A stretch of DNA of 64,000 nt from Tubiluchus corallicola (taxonomy: Eukaryota; Animalia; Priapulida): assembly GCA_030141605.1 (NCBI GenBank), contig JAQGDQ010001038.1, forward strand, positions 4,309 to 68,308. The letters run 5' to 3'. A program made the position numbers and the translations under genes. Within the stretch, counting starts at the first letter, position 1. Each line of letters begins with the position of its first letter. The notes under the pieces were generated by a model. The model ran no database searches. It saw only the letters and a program-made list of their open reading frames with translations, and was not told the DNA's origin. Positions 30,601 to 44,686 of the stretch are shown here, in pieces.

Positions 30601-33600
30601 ATGTGCGACAAAGTGCTTGTCTTTATAAGCTTGCTAGCGTTACTTGGCAGATGTATATTATCTAACACATGTAGGGACAGCGACAATAATAAATGTGACG
30701 AGGAAAGTGCGTCACCAAATTTTGTGTTGTTCTTCGCGGACGACCTTGGTTATGGCGATTTGTCTGTGTATGGTCACCCTACTCAAGAGTGGAACAGAAT
30801 TGACAAGATGGCTGCTGATGCAGTTAGATTTACTCAATGGTATTCTGGTGACAGTGTGTGCACCCCTAGCCGAGCAGCTCTATTGACAGGTATTTTGCAA
30901 GAAACTCATGAAATTTACATAAGTGTTAGAGATGAAGCTTATTTGTACATTCATGTTGCATACGAAAATGTTACAATTACATTCACAGTTTCAAACATTA
31001 ATTATATTTGGCTAGATTTTGCTTTTGCAAGTAGGGTTATAACAAGTAGACTTAGTTTAATTGTAGAGTTTCAATCGTAATTGCTATTTTTAGTGTTGCT
31101 TTCCTATAATTAGCTTTTAGCTTTATTGCAAGTATAATAACTAGATATTACAAATTTTACTGCAAGTCGTTATATAGACACACGATAATACCACCTGACA
31201 ATCAATTCTGTTACTACGTATAATTTGGAATCTTAATTAATTGCTGATCATTCCGATTCTAATTAATTCACGAACAATGCTAATATATATTTCAAGAGCA
31301 CGTTTATCCTATTTCTATGTATATCTTTAACATTCTTATTGCACATGACAGGTACAAGTTCTTGTCAAATTACATGTAACTAACGCGCAATCATATTAGA
31401 TGTTCGGTGGTTTGAGATATATGGCCACGCGTACAGCGCTCATTGTCATCAGCCCTATACGGTATTTAAACAATTTGGTACCTCTGTTTAGCAAAAGGGT
31501 GAATGCACTAGTTTCTGTGAGACGGTCGTATCTGTTTAAAGGCATTTTTAGTGGATGACTATAAACTGCACTTATTTCGGATGGGTTTACTGCAAGAAGT
31601 TCATTATTTTGTACTTTTCTCAACCACTGTACTTTGACAAATTTGTCAGCTTCTTTCTTCTTGTATCTTACAACTTGTTCATCGGCACATATATCCTCAA
31701 TGTTTTCATTTCGTGCAATTTCAACGCTATTGGCCATTCTTAAGAATGATTTGCCTCGGGAAGCATGCTTTGCTAAAGAATGACCTACAGCTTCACAATG
31801 ACTAAGTAAACTGTCCACCCTTAGTACCATTTGTTTAACTAAGTCTTCATCTGAGTGTGATAACATGTTTAAGTCAAATTTACTAGTCACAATGTCACAA
31901 TGTGCATTGGTGGCAACACTATCTAGTTCCATTTGAACAAAGCGCGCCTTTTTCACTTTCATGTACTGCCATCGCATATTGATAGTGTTGTCGATGTACA
32001 AGTCATGTATTGCCAGTTAATAACTGATTTAAAATATTTTCTCTTTCATTATTTTGACTGCTTATGGTACTCAAATGGTGTTTGACTGACTTGAATATTT
32101 TTGCTCCATTACCTGACTTTCTTTCCCAGCCAAAATTGTGACTTTTTCCGGCCAGCATAATTTATGACTTTTTTCCAGTGACTTTATTACCGGTCACCGA
32201 AAAACGGTACTTGTCCAGAGGTCCATATGTATCAGTAGATTTAATAATATTCGATGATGATACAGACGTACTCTATAGCAAGTCCGGGAGCCCAAGCATA
32301 AAACATGGCAAGGAAAATGAGTTCGCTCAGTCTGGTAACCAATTTTTTGAGACTTGGGCTTCCGGACTAAGGCAACCTGATTACAAAACAAGTTCAATGA
32401 ATCAGCAATCAGTAGGTCTAGTAATAAAATTTAAAGCAAACAAGCTTTCGCTGAGAATTGGCGAGGACAAAATATTCTGATGGGCAATATTGCCATGCTA
32501 TATATACGTTACGCAAGTTGTACAACAAACAAAAGTTTCTGTGAACAATAGAGAACTATTTACAAAAATTTGTCCTGGCAAAATCATTTAAAATTTATTG
32601 AAAACAAAGCACCAGAAAATCTTTGTAACATTCACTGAATTTGCTATTCACTTCCCAAGTTGGCATTACTGCTATTTATATTTAATTGTTACATCAGTAT
32701 TTATGTAATACTAATAAATAAAAAATCAGAATTATGTACAAATTTCGAAATGCTCCCCGTTTACTGACCCAACTAACACACTAACATACTAGTTTCGATG
32801 AGCTACAATGATTCTATTTCAATTGCCTCTGGGTGGCCTGCATTAAACTGGGCTTCTTGGTCTCCCCTAAAGCATGTACAAAAGTAATATCCAAAAAAAT
32901 TTGTGCGATACATGAATAATACTATGTGTGCGTTATGTTAATAGCACACATAGAAATTACAAGAAAACGGGTATGAATGATCAATAAATGCAATTTTTAA
33001 TTTGTTACAGCTGCTAGTATGATTATTTTTAGGTCGCCTGCCTTTGCGCACAGGACTAGTTGGCCATACCCGCATTCTTGCACCTGGTCACAATGTAGGC
33101 CTACCTAAAGAAGAAATCACAATAGCTGAAGCTTTGCGGAAAGGCGGATACAACACTGGGATGGTAGGAAAGTGGCACCTAGGTAAAATTCGATATCATG
33201 TTAGTTTAATGTCAATGTATTCGCTTGCATTTGTTTGGGAAGTAACGCTTTCTTCAATCACACTGGTTTTGGGAACATTTGACTTTATTATCGTTTCAAC
33301 AACACAGCGTCTTATTCTAAGTCTCAATGGTTATCCATTTCCCCCATAAGTCTTAACTGTTTCTCTTGGCATTAGAAGAAGAACGTCCCTTAGTTGTTTT
33401 CTTTTTGACCAGTGTACTCAATATAGCCTGCTTTTTCCACTCTAGTTCTTGTTTGTGGCTTAACTTACTTGTGGGCCGTTCAAGTCCTAGTAAATGTGTA
33501 AAACTTTTTCAGATTCTAATTTGCTTTTGCTTTCCTGCACTGATATGATTGATTTCATGCTATGTATTATTTTTACTACTTTCATTTAAAGTTTATTTCA

Positions 33601-36068
33601 GCACATAAAATGCCATATAAAGGTCAAAAATTTACACTAAAGACTAAGTAATACTACGTCATGCACTATTAAAAGCTACGAAAATTGACAAAAAATTGTA
33701 ATAAAAGCACATACAGAAATTAGAAATACAAAGCCTCAGTTAAAAAACCAGCGGTTATTACATCAATAAATCATGCCATCTTCTAAATGTTCTACTATAA
33801 AATCACACATCAGTTTGGTGGCATATATAATTTACAATAAAATTTGCTGAACCAGTCATTCATGTCCTTAAATTGTGCGCAACAATACTTTAAAATGGTT
33901 TATATTGTTTTCTGCACATATTGTAGAAGATAGCATATCATAAGCATAACACGTAAAAAAACTTGTGAAGAGCAATATTGTAAGTGGCGTGGATCTTCGA
34001 TTAACTACATGCTTTAAAATTAACCCATAAGTTATAATAACATATTAGATGCAGCGATTAGCAAACGATTCTGGTTATTTATATCTAGATCATCTGAAAG
34101 ATCATTAGAAAGTATATGACCAAGATACTTGTGGTTATTTTTAACATAGATTTCAACACCATCAATAATTAAATAGCTCTGAGCGATATACAATACGCTT
34201 TAGACTGATTAAAAATCAAGCCATGATTATTAGCGGAGTTTGAACAAACTTTTAAAATACTTTGAAACGCTTGTATAGAGGGAGCTAAAAGATGATTTAT
34301 ATTAAGGTTACCCAATCTGCATGTAGCAGATTTTAGGTGAGGTAAGTTGTTGGTCAGAGTCGTCTATATATACAGCAAAAGATAAGCAGACAACACGCCT
34401 CCTTGACGAACACGTTTGTTATATTAATTGGTTCGGAAACGTGACTACCTCATTTTATTCTGAGGTTTTGAGTGATATACCAACCGTTTAATTAATTCAA
34501 TCACAGACAGGGGGAAGCCCTGGTTTTCTAACTTGTTAATAAGGTGACTAACCCTACTGACATCTATAAAACATGAGTAAACAGGAGAACGTTTGCGTTG
34601 GTAGCTAGAGATTACCTCTTTCAAAGTAATACTACACAAGGCTATTGGTCTGACATTATTACAATCAGTTTTGTTCAGACTTTTGTTCTTACTAATTGAG
34701 GTGATATAAATGTCACTAATTGTGTTCGGAATACATGTACGTGCATGGCTAAAAATCGCCGTGAATAACATAGCTAAGTATATTTTCTTATGTATTCTTG
34801 GGCTGGCATATATTTGATGTTTTCAGTGAATATATTGTCCGGCTCAAACGGTTTATGATTTTTTAATGACGGAATAGCCGCTTGAATGTCATTAATGGAA
34901 ATGCTGTACGAGTAGAGAACAGTCGAAGGGGGACAGGTGTAATGGGACACACTACTGTTCGGAGTGGAATTTAGGAGCTCATGGTAGTGTGTCCTATTGA
35001 TGAAGCGCAGGCTTTGAATACCCGCGCGTGACCTCTAGTGGCTCATAGTGTCACTTTCTGGGTTTTAAAGGTGTAAGTACTATATTGTGTAATGGCTAGC
35101 TGTCTGGGAACCAGGAAGTGTTGGGTTCGAGTCCCAGTAACCAATGCAAAATTTTTCAGGCTTTCTTATTTGTATTGATTTTATGCGCTTATGATTGCAT
35201 GTTGTAGTTGGACGTATTCAGTTTTTCGTATTTGTAACAGATTAAATTGTTGTAATGGAGCTAATTTCGTTGTTCATCCCTGGACAGTTACAAATCATTT
35301 CACAATTTTGTTTCCATTTTTCCAGGTATTAACGAGTTCAACAAGACCGATGGAAACCATCTTCCGTACCATCATGGTTTTGATTGGGTGGCAACAATAA
35401 ATCCTCTTTCGCAAAGCTTTCACTGTGGCACAGTATGTACAATCACAGACTCTAAAATCAATCCTAAATTCTTATCGACTTAATCAGCTAGCATAATGAA
35501 GTTAAAATTCCTTTAACTGTTTAGTTTTTGCTAATTATTTCTACAATTCGAAGTTCGCCATTCAAACGGTTCGCCTTGTAAAACCGAATAATTGTGGCGA
35601 GGCCGAAACCCAGCTCGTTGTCCAGGCTATATGCCTCTAAGATGAGTCACTAAACTGGCTGAGGTATCTTAGCCATTAACTAATCTTGTTCGGCTTTATC
35701 CCCCTCTTTCACGCCTTTTTCAGGTGTAAAATCTTTCAGACTTTTTAAGTTGGCATTTCTTTCATGTGTTTATATGATTGATTTCACACTATGTCTCTAT
35801 ACCTTATAGTAATTGGTCTATATAATGATAATCTTTATTCAAAGTCGGCTTTTGGATGAACAGTTAACGTAAGCTCAAAGAGCTTTTTGCCGACTGTAAA
35901 TAACAAATCTACAACTACATAACAGAGACTATTATTATCCCACTTTTACCCTGAATACCACCCGGCAAGCGGCTAAACAGGAGTTACCATTTTTAAAGAT
36001 ACCTCTTGTCAGGCTATATGGCCCTGCCGCTATATCGAACTCACCCAGACGGAAAGTGGGTGCGTTAC

Positions 36069-36122
<54 letters not shown>

Positions 36123-36131
36123 TGCGTGCGC

Positions 36132-36203
<72 letters not shown>

Positions 36204-39200
36204 CAAAGCAGTTCACCAATCCATTAACTAATCAGACTCGGTCAAATCCTTACCTAATGTGTTGCCGTAACCACTCAGACATAGCGCCTCTCCTGGCATA
36301 ATGTTGTCTCTTGCCATGTACATTAACTTACATGTTATAATTCTATTTGAATGATGTTTTTTTTGAATGTCAAAAACGTAAATTCAAGTTTCTGGACTTA
36401 AATACTTATGTAACATTCTTTTATTTTATTTTAATAAGAGAAGATATAATACCAATCTTGTGCATAGCTGCCTTAACTAAGAAATTACTTCATTTAATTG
36501 CTAGGCTGCAAATCTGCGATGATTATTTTAAGCAACTTGAGATTATCAACTAACTATAAAATAACAACGAACCATATAAAATAAAAATCGTAATAGGATA
36601 CGATACGTACTGAATTCTCAAATTATTGGCGATTTCAGCGACATGAAGAGGTACCATCTAGTGATTGCTTCCTGTACTTCAACGATTCTCTTATACAACA
36701 ACCGATAAATTTAGAAACGATGGCCATTCGTATGCTTGACGATGCTAAACGTTTTATTAGAACCCAAGCTGAGAATTCTCATCCTTTCTTTCTGTATTAT
36801 CCCCTAACTCACACACACGCTGACCTTACAGTGAGCAAACGTTTTCAGGGATCCTCCAAACGAGGTAGGTTGGTTTACGTGTTCGGTGAATGTTCCATAT
36901 CCAACTCAAAGAAAATAGCTATTACAGCGTCATGCCATAGCATTGTCATTTGTAGCACTGACGTTTGCACTTTGCAGCTGCTTTAGGAAGTATATTATTT
37001 ACTAAAATTTTCACAAACTCAACGGTTCAAAAATCGTATCTTTAGGATGTTATCTATACTGTCACTACTGCCATCACTACTTGCTTTGAACACTTTAAAG
37101 AATCTGTTCTATCTGGTTGCTGATGTTCAATGTTTAGGAATTTATGGAGATAATATACAAGAAATGGGTTGGATTGTTGGAGAAATACTCGATCTATTAG
37201 AAGAGCTAAATATTCACGAGAATACGCTTTCTTTATTTGTTTCTGACAATGGCCCATGGACAATGAGTTGCCGGGAAGGTGGATCTGCAGGACCACTGAA
37301 AGGTTAGTGTGTGCTTTGGTATTTGCTGTTAGCTTACATCCCTAGTAACAAGGCCCCGATTGTTCAAGGTGGAATTTCTGGAACTCACGTGGGGTGGCAA
37401 CGTTAAACTCGTACGGCCAAACCATTTGTAATTAAAGTAGCAATAAGAGAAATATTGTTTTGGGCCAGTTTTGCTTTCAAATTTTCATTCACCCAAAAGT
37501 GCAGAATATGAGGCTTGTATGTTATATCAAAGTCACATTGCAACAACAAGGAACACAGAATATGAGGCCTGTATGTTATTTCAAAGTCACATTGCAACAA
37601 CCAGGAACAGAATATGAGGCCTGTTTGTTATTTCAAAGTCACATAGCAACAACCAAGAACAGAATATGAGGACTGTTTGTTATTTCAAAGTCACATTGCA
37701 ACAACCAAGAACAGAATATGAGGCCTGTTTGTTATTTCAAAGTCACATTGCAACAACCAGGAACAGAATATGAGGGCTGAATGTTACTTCAAAGTCACGT
37801 TACAACAAAAACATCTTTGTAAAACAAGATGTAATGATCTCACCTGAATGAAATTCATGCACTCTGCTTTCGGATTGGCTAAAATTTCAATACTTACATC
37901 TAGGCCTTATCTATGCAAAATCTATATGTGCTATATTTTGAATTATCGAGTTAAGTGATTTGCTGCATGGTGATGATTTGAATACTAAGCAGAACAAGCC
38001 TGCTCTGATCCTCCCAGTACTTTTCGTCGAATAGTTTTAAGCGTTGTTACCAGGGTTTGGTAAACGCTCAAGGGGAGCACTAAGTTTTGTGTTTAGCCAG
38101 TTACCTGTTGATTTCAATCAGTTTCAAACATAAAGCATCGTTTACACTTTCAAGACATAAACGAGTTAATACCGAGTCAGGTCTTATGCTGGTCTTTTAA
38201 CGCAGACGAATGTCTCCATAATGTTTTCGTTTGTGGTCTTTTTGACAGGATCTTTTGACTCAAGAATCGGGATTGCTCCCCCAAAAGTGGCACTGGTACA
38301 AACCGTCTTGGGATTATTACAACTGCTCTGGCGGCAAGAACTCGGCGGCAGAACAATACTTTGAGTGTAAATAAGAGTGTCAAAAGTACCCCAAAGTAAT
38401 TATGCATAATAAGCGTGATGAACACATTAGCAGATTTTATCCTAATAATACTATAAAACATTCCTTCAGATAGTTCTTAAACTTTCTAGAGTCCAGAAAT
38501 GTTAATTTAAACAAAGGCATAGTATTTGCTCCACCTTGGAAGTTTCATGATCCTGAATCACTTTAACTAAGGAAGCTCTTCAAGCTCTTCTATGCGTAAA
38601 TAAATGATCGCATAAATAAAGCATATGAAGGCATTAATAAATAAATAGGAAGATAAATAAATAATACCCAACTTTCATATTCGTCATTTTTATTTTTAGC
38701 ATTTCATAAAAATTAGGTACCAAATCGGTTACAAATCTTTCGGGAACCTCATGCCGCCCATCTTACTTTGCGAATCCTAGTTTCCATGCTGTAGCTATTT
38801 TGAAAGGTTTTGACCGCCTGTATTGCAGCTCAACAATGGCTAATGATTTAAAGAAAGCTTAATGCACCAGTAAGTGGTTAGCAGCTAACAATTGTTGAAG
38901 ATGTTAATAATACCTGATCTATAAACCCGAAATTATTTTGAGCTTTTCAGCTCTTACCATTCACAGGACGACTACCAGATCCAAGGAGTAACACTTCATT
39001 TCACAGATTTGCCCGGGGACTTGTACAGATGTCAAAAGACCACTTGGGTCTGGATGGGTGATTTACTGTTTACTCACCACCTGATGCCACACTACGTCTT
39101 CTTTTAATCACACTTGAAAACACCTTTGTCGGGTCATCGTCTCAACGCCGTGCTCCTTTCAATTTTGCTGCAGAACAAGGATACAAAAAGATAGGACAAA

Positions 39201-40990
39201 CGATGAATTGTTTATCAGATTTGTGTAACTAAATTTCTTCCCTGTATTTGCTGAATACATTCGTTGTTAGATCTATGTCTGATGCTCGCTTCTCCCATTC
39301 CCTTTCACTCATTTTTTCTACCTGATCTTATTTTCTATTAGTGTCAAGAAACTTCTCCTTCACTTGGAACTTTGCTGGTCTTTCTTAGTAGTTCTCAAAA
39401 AAGATGTGTTGCAAATTTTGTGAAATCACACGTCTACTGCAAAAATGTCAAACGACTATCCAAGTAGAATTGGATCAGTCTTCTTGACACTAGTCACCGG
39501 GAATATTTTTTCCTCCATCAAAGCTGTAGGTGTAATTTAAGCAAAGCTTAAAACGTGTCTATTTTTACTAGGTGAAAAAGGCACTTCCTGGGAGGGCGGA
39601 TATAGAGTTCCTGCAATAGCACACTGGCCTGGAAAGATACCTGCTGGCAAAGTTTCAACAGCAGTGGTCACTACTATGGACATTTTCCCCACATTGCTGG
39701 AAATTGCTGAAATTTCTCAGTCAAAAGGAGTTTATATGGATGGTAGGTTTACACTGTTTAACGCTGTAAATAACTTAATATGCACTAGGATTTTCAGTCT
39801 CTGTGACTCGACCTGTTATTACTGTGTAAAAACTGAGATGATTCTTTTAGAAAAGTAACCATTGTGTTAACATCACAGCCAAGATTATCGTGATGTTATG
39901 TGTACACGTATTAAATGCTACAACTTGGCATATTCCTAATCACTTGATATTTTCTTACCTTCCGTAGCATTTCTCGTGGCACAAGCAAAAATAGACCAGA
40001 GCTCACAGTTTTTATTAGAAAAGTGATCATACTTATTTTGCTGATGACTAGAACTATTTTACGCATCTAGCACACACCATCATTCAATTCATTCGACAGT
40101 CGCTCGGCTGGATCAGCGCCGTGACGTAACTGTTGAGATGCCAAAGTTTCAATAAGTTCTAAACAAACTGATGAGTTGTTAAACAATCTGACCTCAGTGA
40201 CATTATTTAAAAAAAGACAGTCTTCTCATGCTAAACTGCACTTGGAAAATATCTTTCTTTACATAGATCAGATTTTTTTTACCGATCCAAATCTAAAAAA
40301 AAATCTGCAACCGTGTGGTATCATTTCATATTTGTAGTACTTAATGAAAGTCACTAACCAAAGCTTAAAGTTAATGATTCGTCTCGTCAGAATGTAATCA
40401 CAACTGTGACCAACTCACTTTATTTTACATTTTCTGTGAAATTTTATAAGTGCAGACTTTTACCGGTAACGTGGTACTACATTTTATTTTCAGGAAATTC
40501 TATAAAAGATATTCTTCTTAATGATGTTGTCGAATCACCACATGCTCTCATTTACTACTATTGTAGGGGCAAGTTGTTTGCTGTTCGTTACAAAGACTAC
40601 AAAATACATTTTTACACCACGCCCCCAAGATTTGAACATGCAGGTTGTCCAGCAGGGTTGATAAATGCAAATTTATTTAGACGGTTAATAGTATCTGGCG
40701 ACTCGCGTTACCAATATTTATTTTGTGAAGGACCTGACGTTAAAAAACAAGATCCACCACTTATATTTAACATTGCCGAGGATATTTCAGAGCAGTGGCC
40801 ATTAGACATTGACGACTTGCCCAACGATGATAAAGATCTACTGATTGTTGTTAAGAGGAAAGTTGCTGAGCATAAGCAAACGCTCCAAGTTGAAGTTCGA
40901 AACCCACTGTTAATGGAATGGAAAGACTATCGGAAGAAAGAGTATGCTCCATGCCATGACCCACCACATTGCAGGCTAAACTACCCTTAG
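30601..40990 (+). CDS. Ars: Arylsulfatase (formylglycine-dependent S1 sulfatase, sea-urchin Ars-like), 7 exons, 534 aa, signal peptide
   Basis: Exons 30601-30889, 33033-33182, 35326-35432, 36639-36864, 37138-37302, 39572-39742, 40494-40990; phases 1,1,0,1,1,1 (1605 nt). Motifs [74 protein letters not shown]. The segment [20 protein letters not shown] resembles echinoderm Ars as remembered. Confidence 0.95.
31330..32030 (-). mobile_element. Related non-LTR retrotransposon 3' fragment (201-aa ORF) in arylsulfatase intron 1
   Basis: [42 protein letters not shown], then frameshifted [15 protein letters not shown]; colinear with 8040-8765. Confidence 0.65.
33600..35000 (-). mobile_element. Decayed CR1/Jockey-group LINE reverse transcriptase in arylsulfatase intron 2
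   Basis: [69 protein letters not shown]. Confidence 0.8.
35085..35220 (+). mobile_element. tRNA-derived SINE-like remnant
   Basis: A-box-like TGTGTAATGG and B box GGTTCGAGTCCC; no complete cloverleaf. Confidence 0.4.
35822..36075 (-). mobile_element. Second copy of the same SINE family, in arylsulfatase intron 3
   Basis: Its reverse complement aligns with 27305-27540: ccgtctggg, gttcga, ctttaaaaatggta, agggtaaaagtggg, taataatagtctctgttatgtagttgtag, gccgacttt-aataaagattat. Confidence 0.8.
36075..36200 (+). repeat. (TG)n/(TGCG)n microsatellite
   Basis: Read directly; it replaces the 5' end of SINE copy 2. Confidence 0.95.
37502..37808 (+). repeat. 52-bp minisatellite, ~6 copies, arylsulfatase intron 5
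   Basis: Unit CAGAATATGAGGCCTGTTTGTTATTTCAAAGTCACATTGCAACAACCAAGAA starting at 37502, 37556, 37608, 37660, 37712, 37764. Confidence 0.95.
38760..39430 (-). mobile_element. Possible decayed MADF/Myb-SANT ORF of a PIF/Harbinger transposon, in arylsulfatase intron 5
   Basis: Fragments [17 protein letters not shown], short intron-like gap, [20 protein letters not shown]; contains stops. Confidence 0.3.
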
Positions 40991-41189
40991 TTTTTTGCAA
41001 ATCTATGATTAGATTAGATGAGATTAGGTGCTTTGGCATTATAATCTGTGCATAATCATGTTATCGATACTTATTGTAATGATATGGTTAACATGTGTTT
41101 AGCTGATGCCTCATAATTTTCTCTTAATGTTAAAGAGACCGGTGTCATTCCAGTGTGAAATGATATTGCTGAGCCAATTAACAAAGAAG

Positions 41190-41740
41190 AATGGATCCCA
41201 AGAATGGAATTTAATCCTTATTTTTAATATTAATATATTGTCTGTGAATTTTAATAAATCAATTTTGAACATTCATAGTCCATTTTTTATTATTAATAAA
41301 TCAATTTTGTATATTCATTTTTAAAAATAAAAAGCGCCTTATAAATTATTAGTATTAAAAATGAATTATGAATATACGAAACTAATTTATTAAAATTGAT
41401 TTTTGAATATTCAAAAGTGATTCATTAATATTGAAAAATGAAGTTTAATGTTCAAAATTTGCTCTAAATTTTTGATATTAATAAATCAATTGCGAATATT
41501 CATGTGGAACACCAAAGAGGAATCTAGAATTCCTTTTAATATTAATAAACATAAATATGAATATTTATAATTCATTTTTAATAATAATACATCCTGTATT
41601 AAAAAATGAATTTATGAGTATTTGATGTTTTCAAAATTTGCGCTAATTTTTTCAATGTTCATAAATCATTTATGAATGTTTATAATTTATTTTTTAATAG
41701 TAACAAATCAATTTTGAATATTGATAATCTATTTGTTAAC
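41190..41740. repeat. AT-rich degenerate tandem/inverted repeat just downstream of the arylsulfatase stop codon
   Basis: Recurring AATAAATCAATTTTGAATATTCAT in both orientations; similar blocks start at ~41192 and ~41505. Confidence 0.6.
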
Positions 41741-44686
41741 ATGAAATCCTATGATTCGTGCAGCTCGTAGTTGATAACGGCAGGCATTTAAGTGGTATTG
41801 GGTGCCTGCCAGACACCATTTTTGTGGGATCAAATTGGAAACTGGATGGACGTATGAGATACTAGTTGAAACTAAATAAAAGTGATAGTATGTCAATCTT
41901 GGATACTAAACATGAAGATCAAATGGGTGTGCACACAAGCTCAGAATAAAGGAGTGCTGTAGTGGAAGATGCAGCAGTGCCCATGTTAACTACAGTGAGA
42001 AGAAGTTATCGAGTTATTATTTTAGTGTCGAAATATCGGCATAGGAATTTTGAGAGGTGGTAGTAGCAACAGCTATTGGCATTCTAATAAATAAAAAAGT
42101 ATGCAATTTTTATAAGCTAGTTTCTGGATTCTGTTTCACTTTTCGTTCCTTCTTGCGCATGTTGTAAGTTTGGGATTTTAAGACCAAACAAACATTTGAA
42201 GCCTTGGTTATTAAATTTTGCTCTACATTTCTTGTCCTTCATTCCAAAACGTGACAATCCATCTAAACAATACAAAATTTATGCCAAAAAATACCAATAG
42301 CCAAAAGATCAATAATTATACATAATTTAGCAGTTTTACACTACAGCGTTGCAGTAACTTTTAGCTAATTTGTAATTTAACTAAATAACTAATTTTTAAA
42401 GTGATAAAAGAGTATACATACGTAGTTAGCCCCAGATCATTCTAGACACATAACGTCAATATATTTTAATGCATTATAAATTGTCTTGTGTTAACAAAAT
42501 TCAGTCGACCACTGAACCAGATCATGTGATCAGGCCTAAAATCGCCACAAGGTGCTAAATTTCCAGTACAGCTACCTTACTTAATAATAAGTGGAAAATA
42601 AATACGTTTCAACATGATTTATCACACGTTTAAACACGAATTAAATAGACTGCTCGTACTGTTGACAAAATTAATTTTATCCACGTAGAAACATTTGTCT
42701 GGTGATTAAGTCCGGCGGTTGCCAATGTGGCGCCATCTAACGGAAATTTACGTAAGCATTCTGAATGCAGTTGTGACTGTGTTAGTACGATAAGAGTCTC
42801 GGGCCAGTACTTGCCTTCCCAGGACATTCTGGACTTTGCCTTGATGACGGCAAATCAGAGTGGCGGAGTTGTCGAATACATGCCATGGTTAAATACTGTA
42901 GGGCGCCATTCGCTAAATGATTTCGATTTTACTTTTGATTTTAATACTTTTTGAAAATTAAACAGAAACGACTGAATAATGTGTAAATGCATTCATGCCT
43001 GGTGGTTTTCTCTCTTCCTAAAACATTAGGTAGTCATCTTTAATTGTAATTATATCTTATTCTTGTAAATGTACAATTGTATTGTTACATTGGAGTGAAT
43101 AAATAATCCAAATTAATAATCTAATTTAAATTTGCAGAGAAGCAGTGCGGTATATTGTCAGTCCAAATACCGCATTGGTGATTTCGTTTACTCTTTTAAC
43201 TTTTACATTGAGAATCTTGACAAATTTTCAAAAATTCTGTGAGCTTCCTCATTTTATGAAAAATTGCGCTTGTCTTTGACATCAGTTTGGCGTTTTGAAA
43301 ACTTGCTCGACTAGGTGTTTAACACACGCTTTGTTAACAGCAAGAGGTTGTTTGTTAACACAGCAGCTCATTTATTAGCGTTTCTAACGTTGTCCAGCAA
43401 CATCCAGGCTGTTCGTTAACAAAACAGCTCTGTTAACACTCCGGCGTCGTTCAGCAGTAGGATAATTGTGGTGAAGTTAAACAATATCATAATAATAAGT
43501 CAAACATTTTTGATTTGTTGTGATTAAGTAGTACATGTTTTTTAGAGCATAAATGTGAAAGCAGACCATAAGTTATTTCGATAAGATAGGTTTTTGCTGT
43601 TTATTATGTGATAATCAGAGAGCTAAACGAAATGGCGGACCGTCGAATGTAATAAATGAGTTAAACACTCGGGTTTTCATACTATCTGGACATACTCAAG
43701 GTAGATGTTTATGTCACCTTAGTACCTGGTACCTAGTAGCCCATTATCAAGCATTGCCATTTGAGGAGAGACATTGAACTGACACAAGTGTCAATGAAAA
43801 TAAATAAACGAGACAAACAGATAAAATAAGCAAGAGCAGATTAAACATTAAGCTACTAAGGCTGCAGCTTTAGAACCTAAATTTTGATAGAACAGCGAAG
43901 TCCTGAGACGGATGACAATTAAACAGAGATAATGCTATTTAGTAAACAGAATAACAATAATATATAGAATTTATTTTTTATTTGTTTTTTTGTGCATTGC
44001 TAATAAGCACTTGAGCGATTTGAGCCTATTTTGTACACAAAATATTTCATTTTTGACTACAGACCATTTGGACTAGTCTTGGCCACATAAGCAAATTGGG
44101 CGGTGTCTGTTTTGGAAACTTTGCAAATTTGCACACTAGGTATTTTGGACACATAGGTCATTTGGACGCATAGGCCATTTAGACACAAGAATTCGATTGT
44201 TGTAAGAGTAAAATATTTGCAGCATAATTCAGAGGTAGTCTGAATGACCATAAGCAACTAGACATTTGGTTAATCCAGGCGGAAAGACATAGCAAACAAA
44301 ATCGTTTCCATTGGTTAGGAGTAACAACAAAGGTTTTTGAAAGTCTATACAAAACTAAACAGCTGCACAACAATTCCTAATAGTTTTAGAGAAATTTGGT
44401 GGCAGCCTGTGCACGAGTCTGACATTTAATTTTGAGCAGCTAATATTTAACCATTTATAGTGCTTTTTACTGAAATATTCCTATGAACAAATTTCAGGAA
44501 CAGCAGTATCGGACAATTGCATGTTGTGCATACCCTGTACGTTTAGGCCCTTCATTAGTATGGCAAAAGAAATCACCTGGAGCAACTATTGAAGCCAGGT
44601 AATGCCACATCACTCTCTGAGACTGGACTTGGAATTGGTTAACTTTGGTCGCAAGACATTTGATGTGACCGCCCGTATTATTTTTG

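Noticed and set aside
34941-34998. 15-bp-stem hairpin as a miRNA candidate
   Set aside because: It lies in LINE coding remnant (HYHELLNS) near the truncation point; likely incidental or an insertion artefact.
37502-37808. Regular repeat array resembling CRISPR
   Set aside because: Units are contiguous with no unique spacers, there are no cas genes, and it lies in a eukaryotic intron: a minisatellite.
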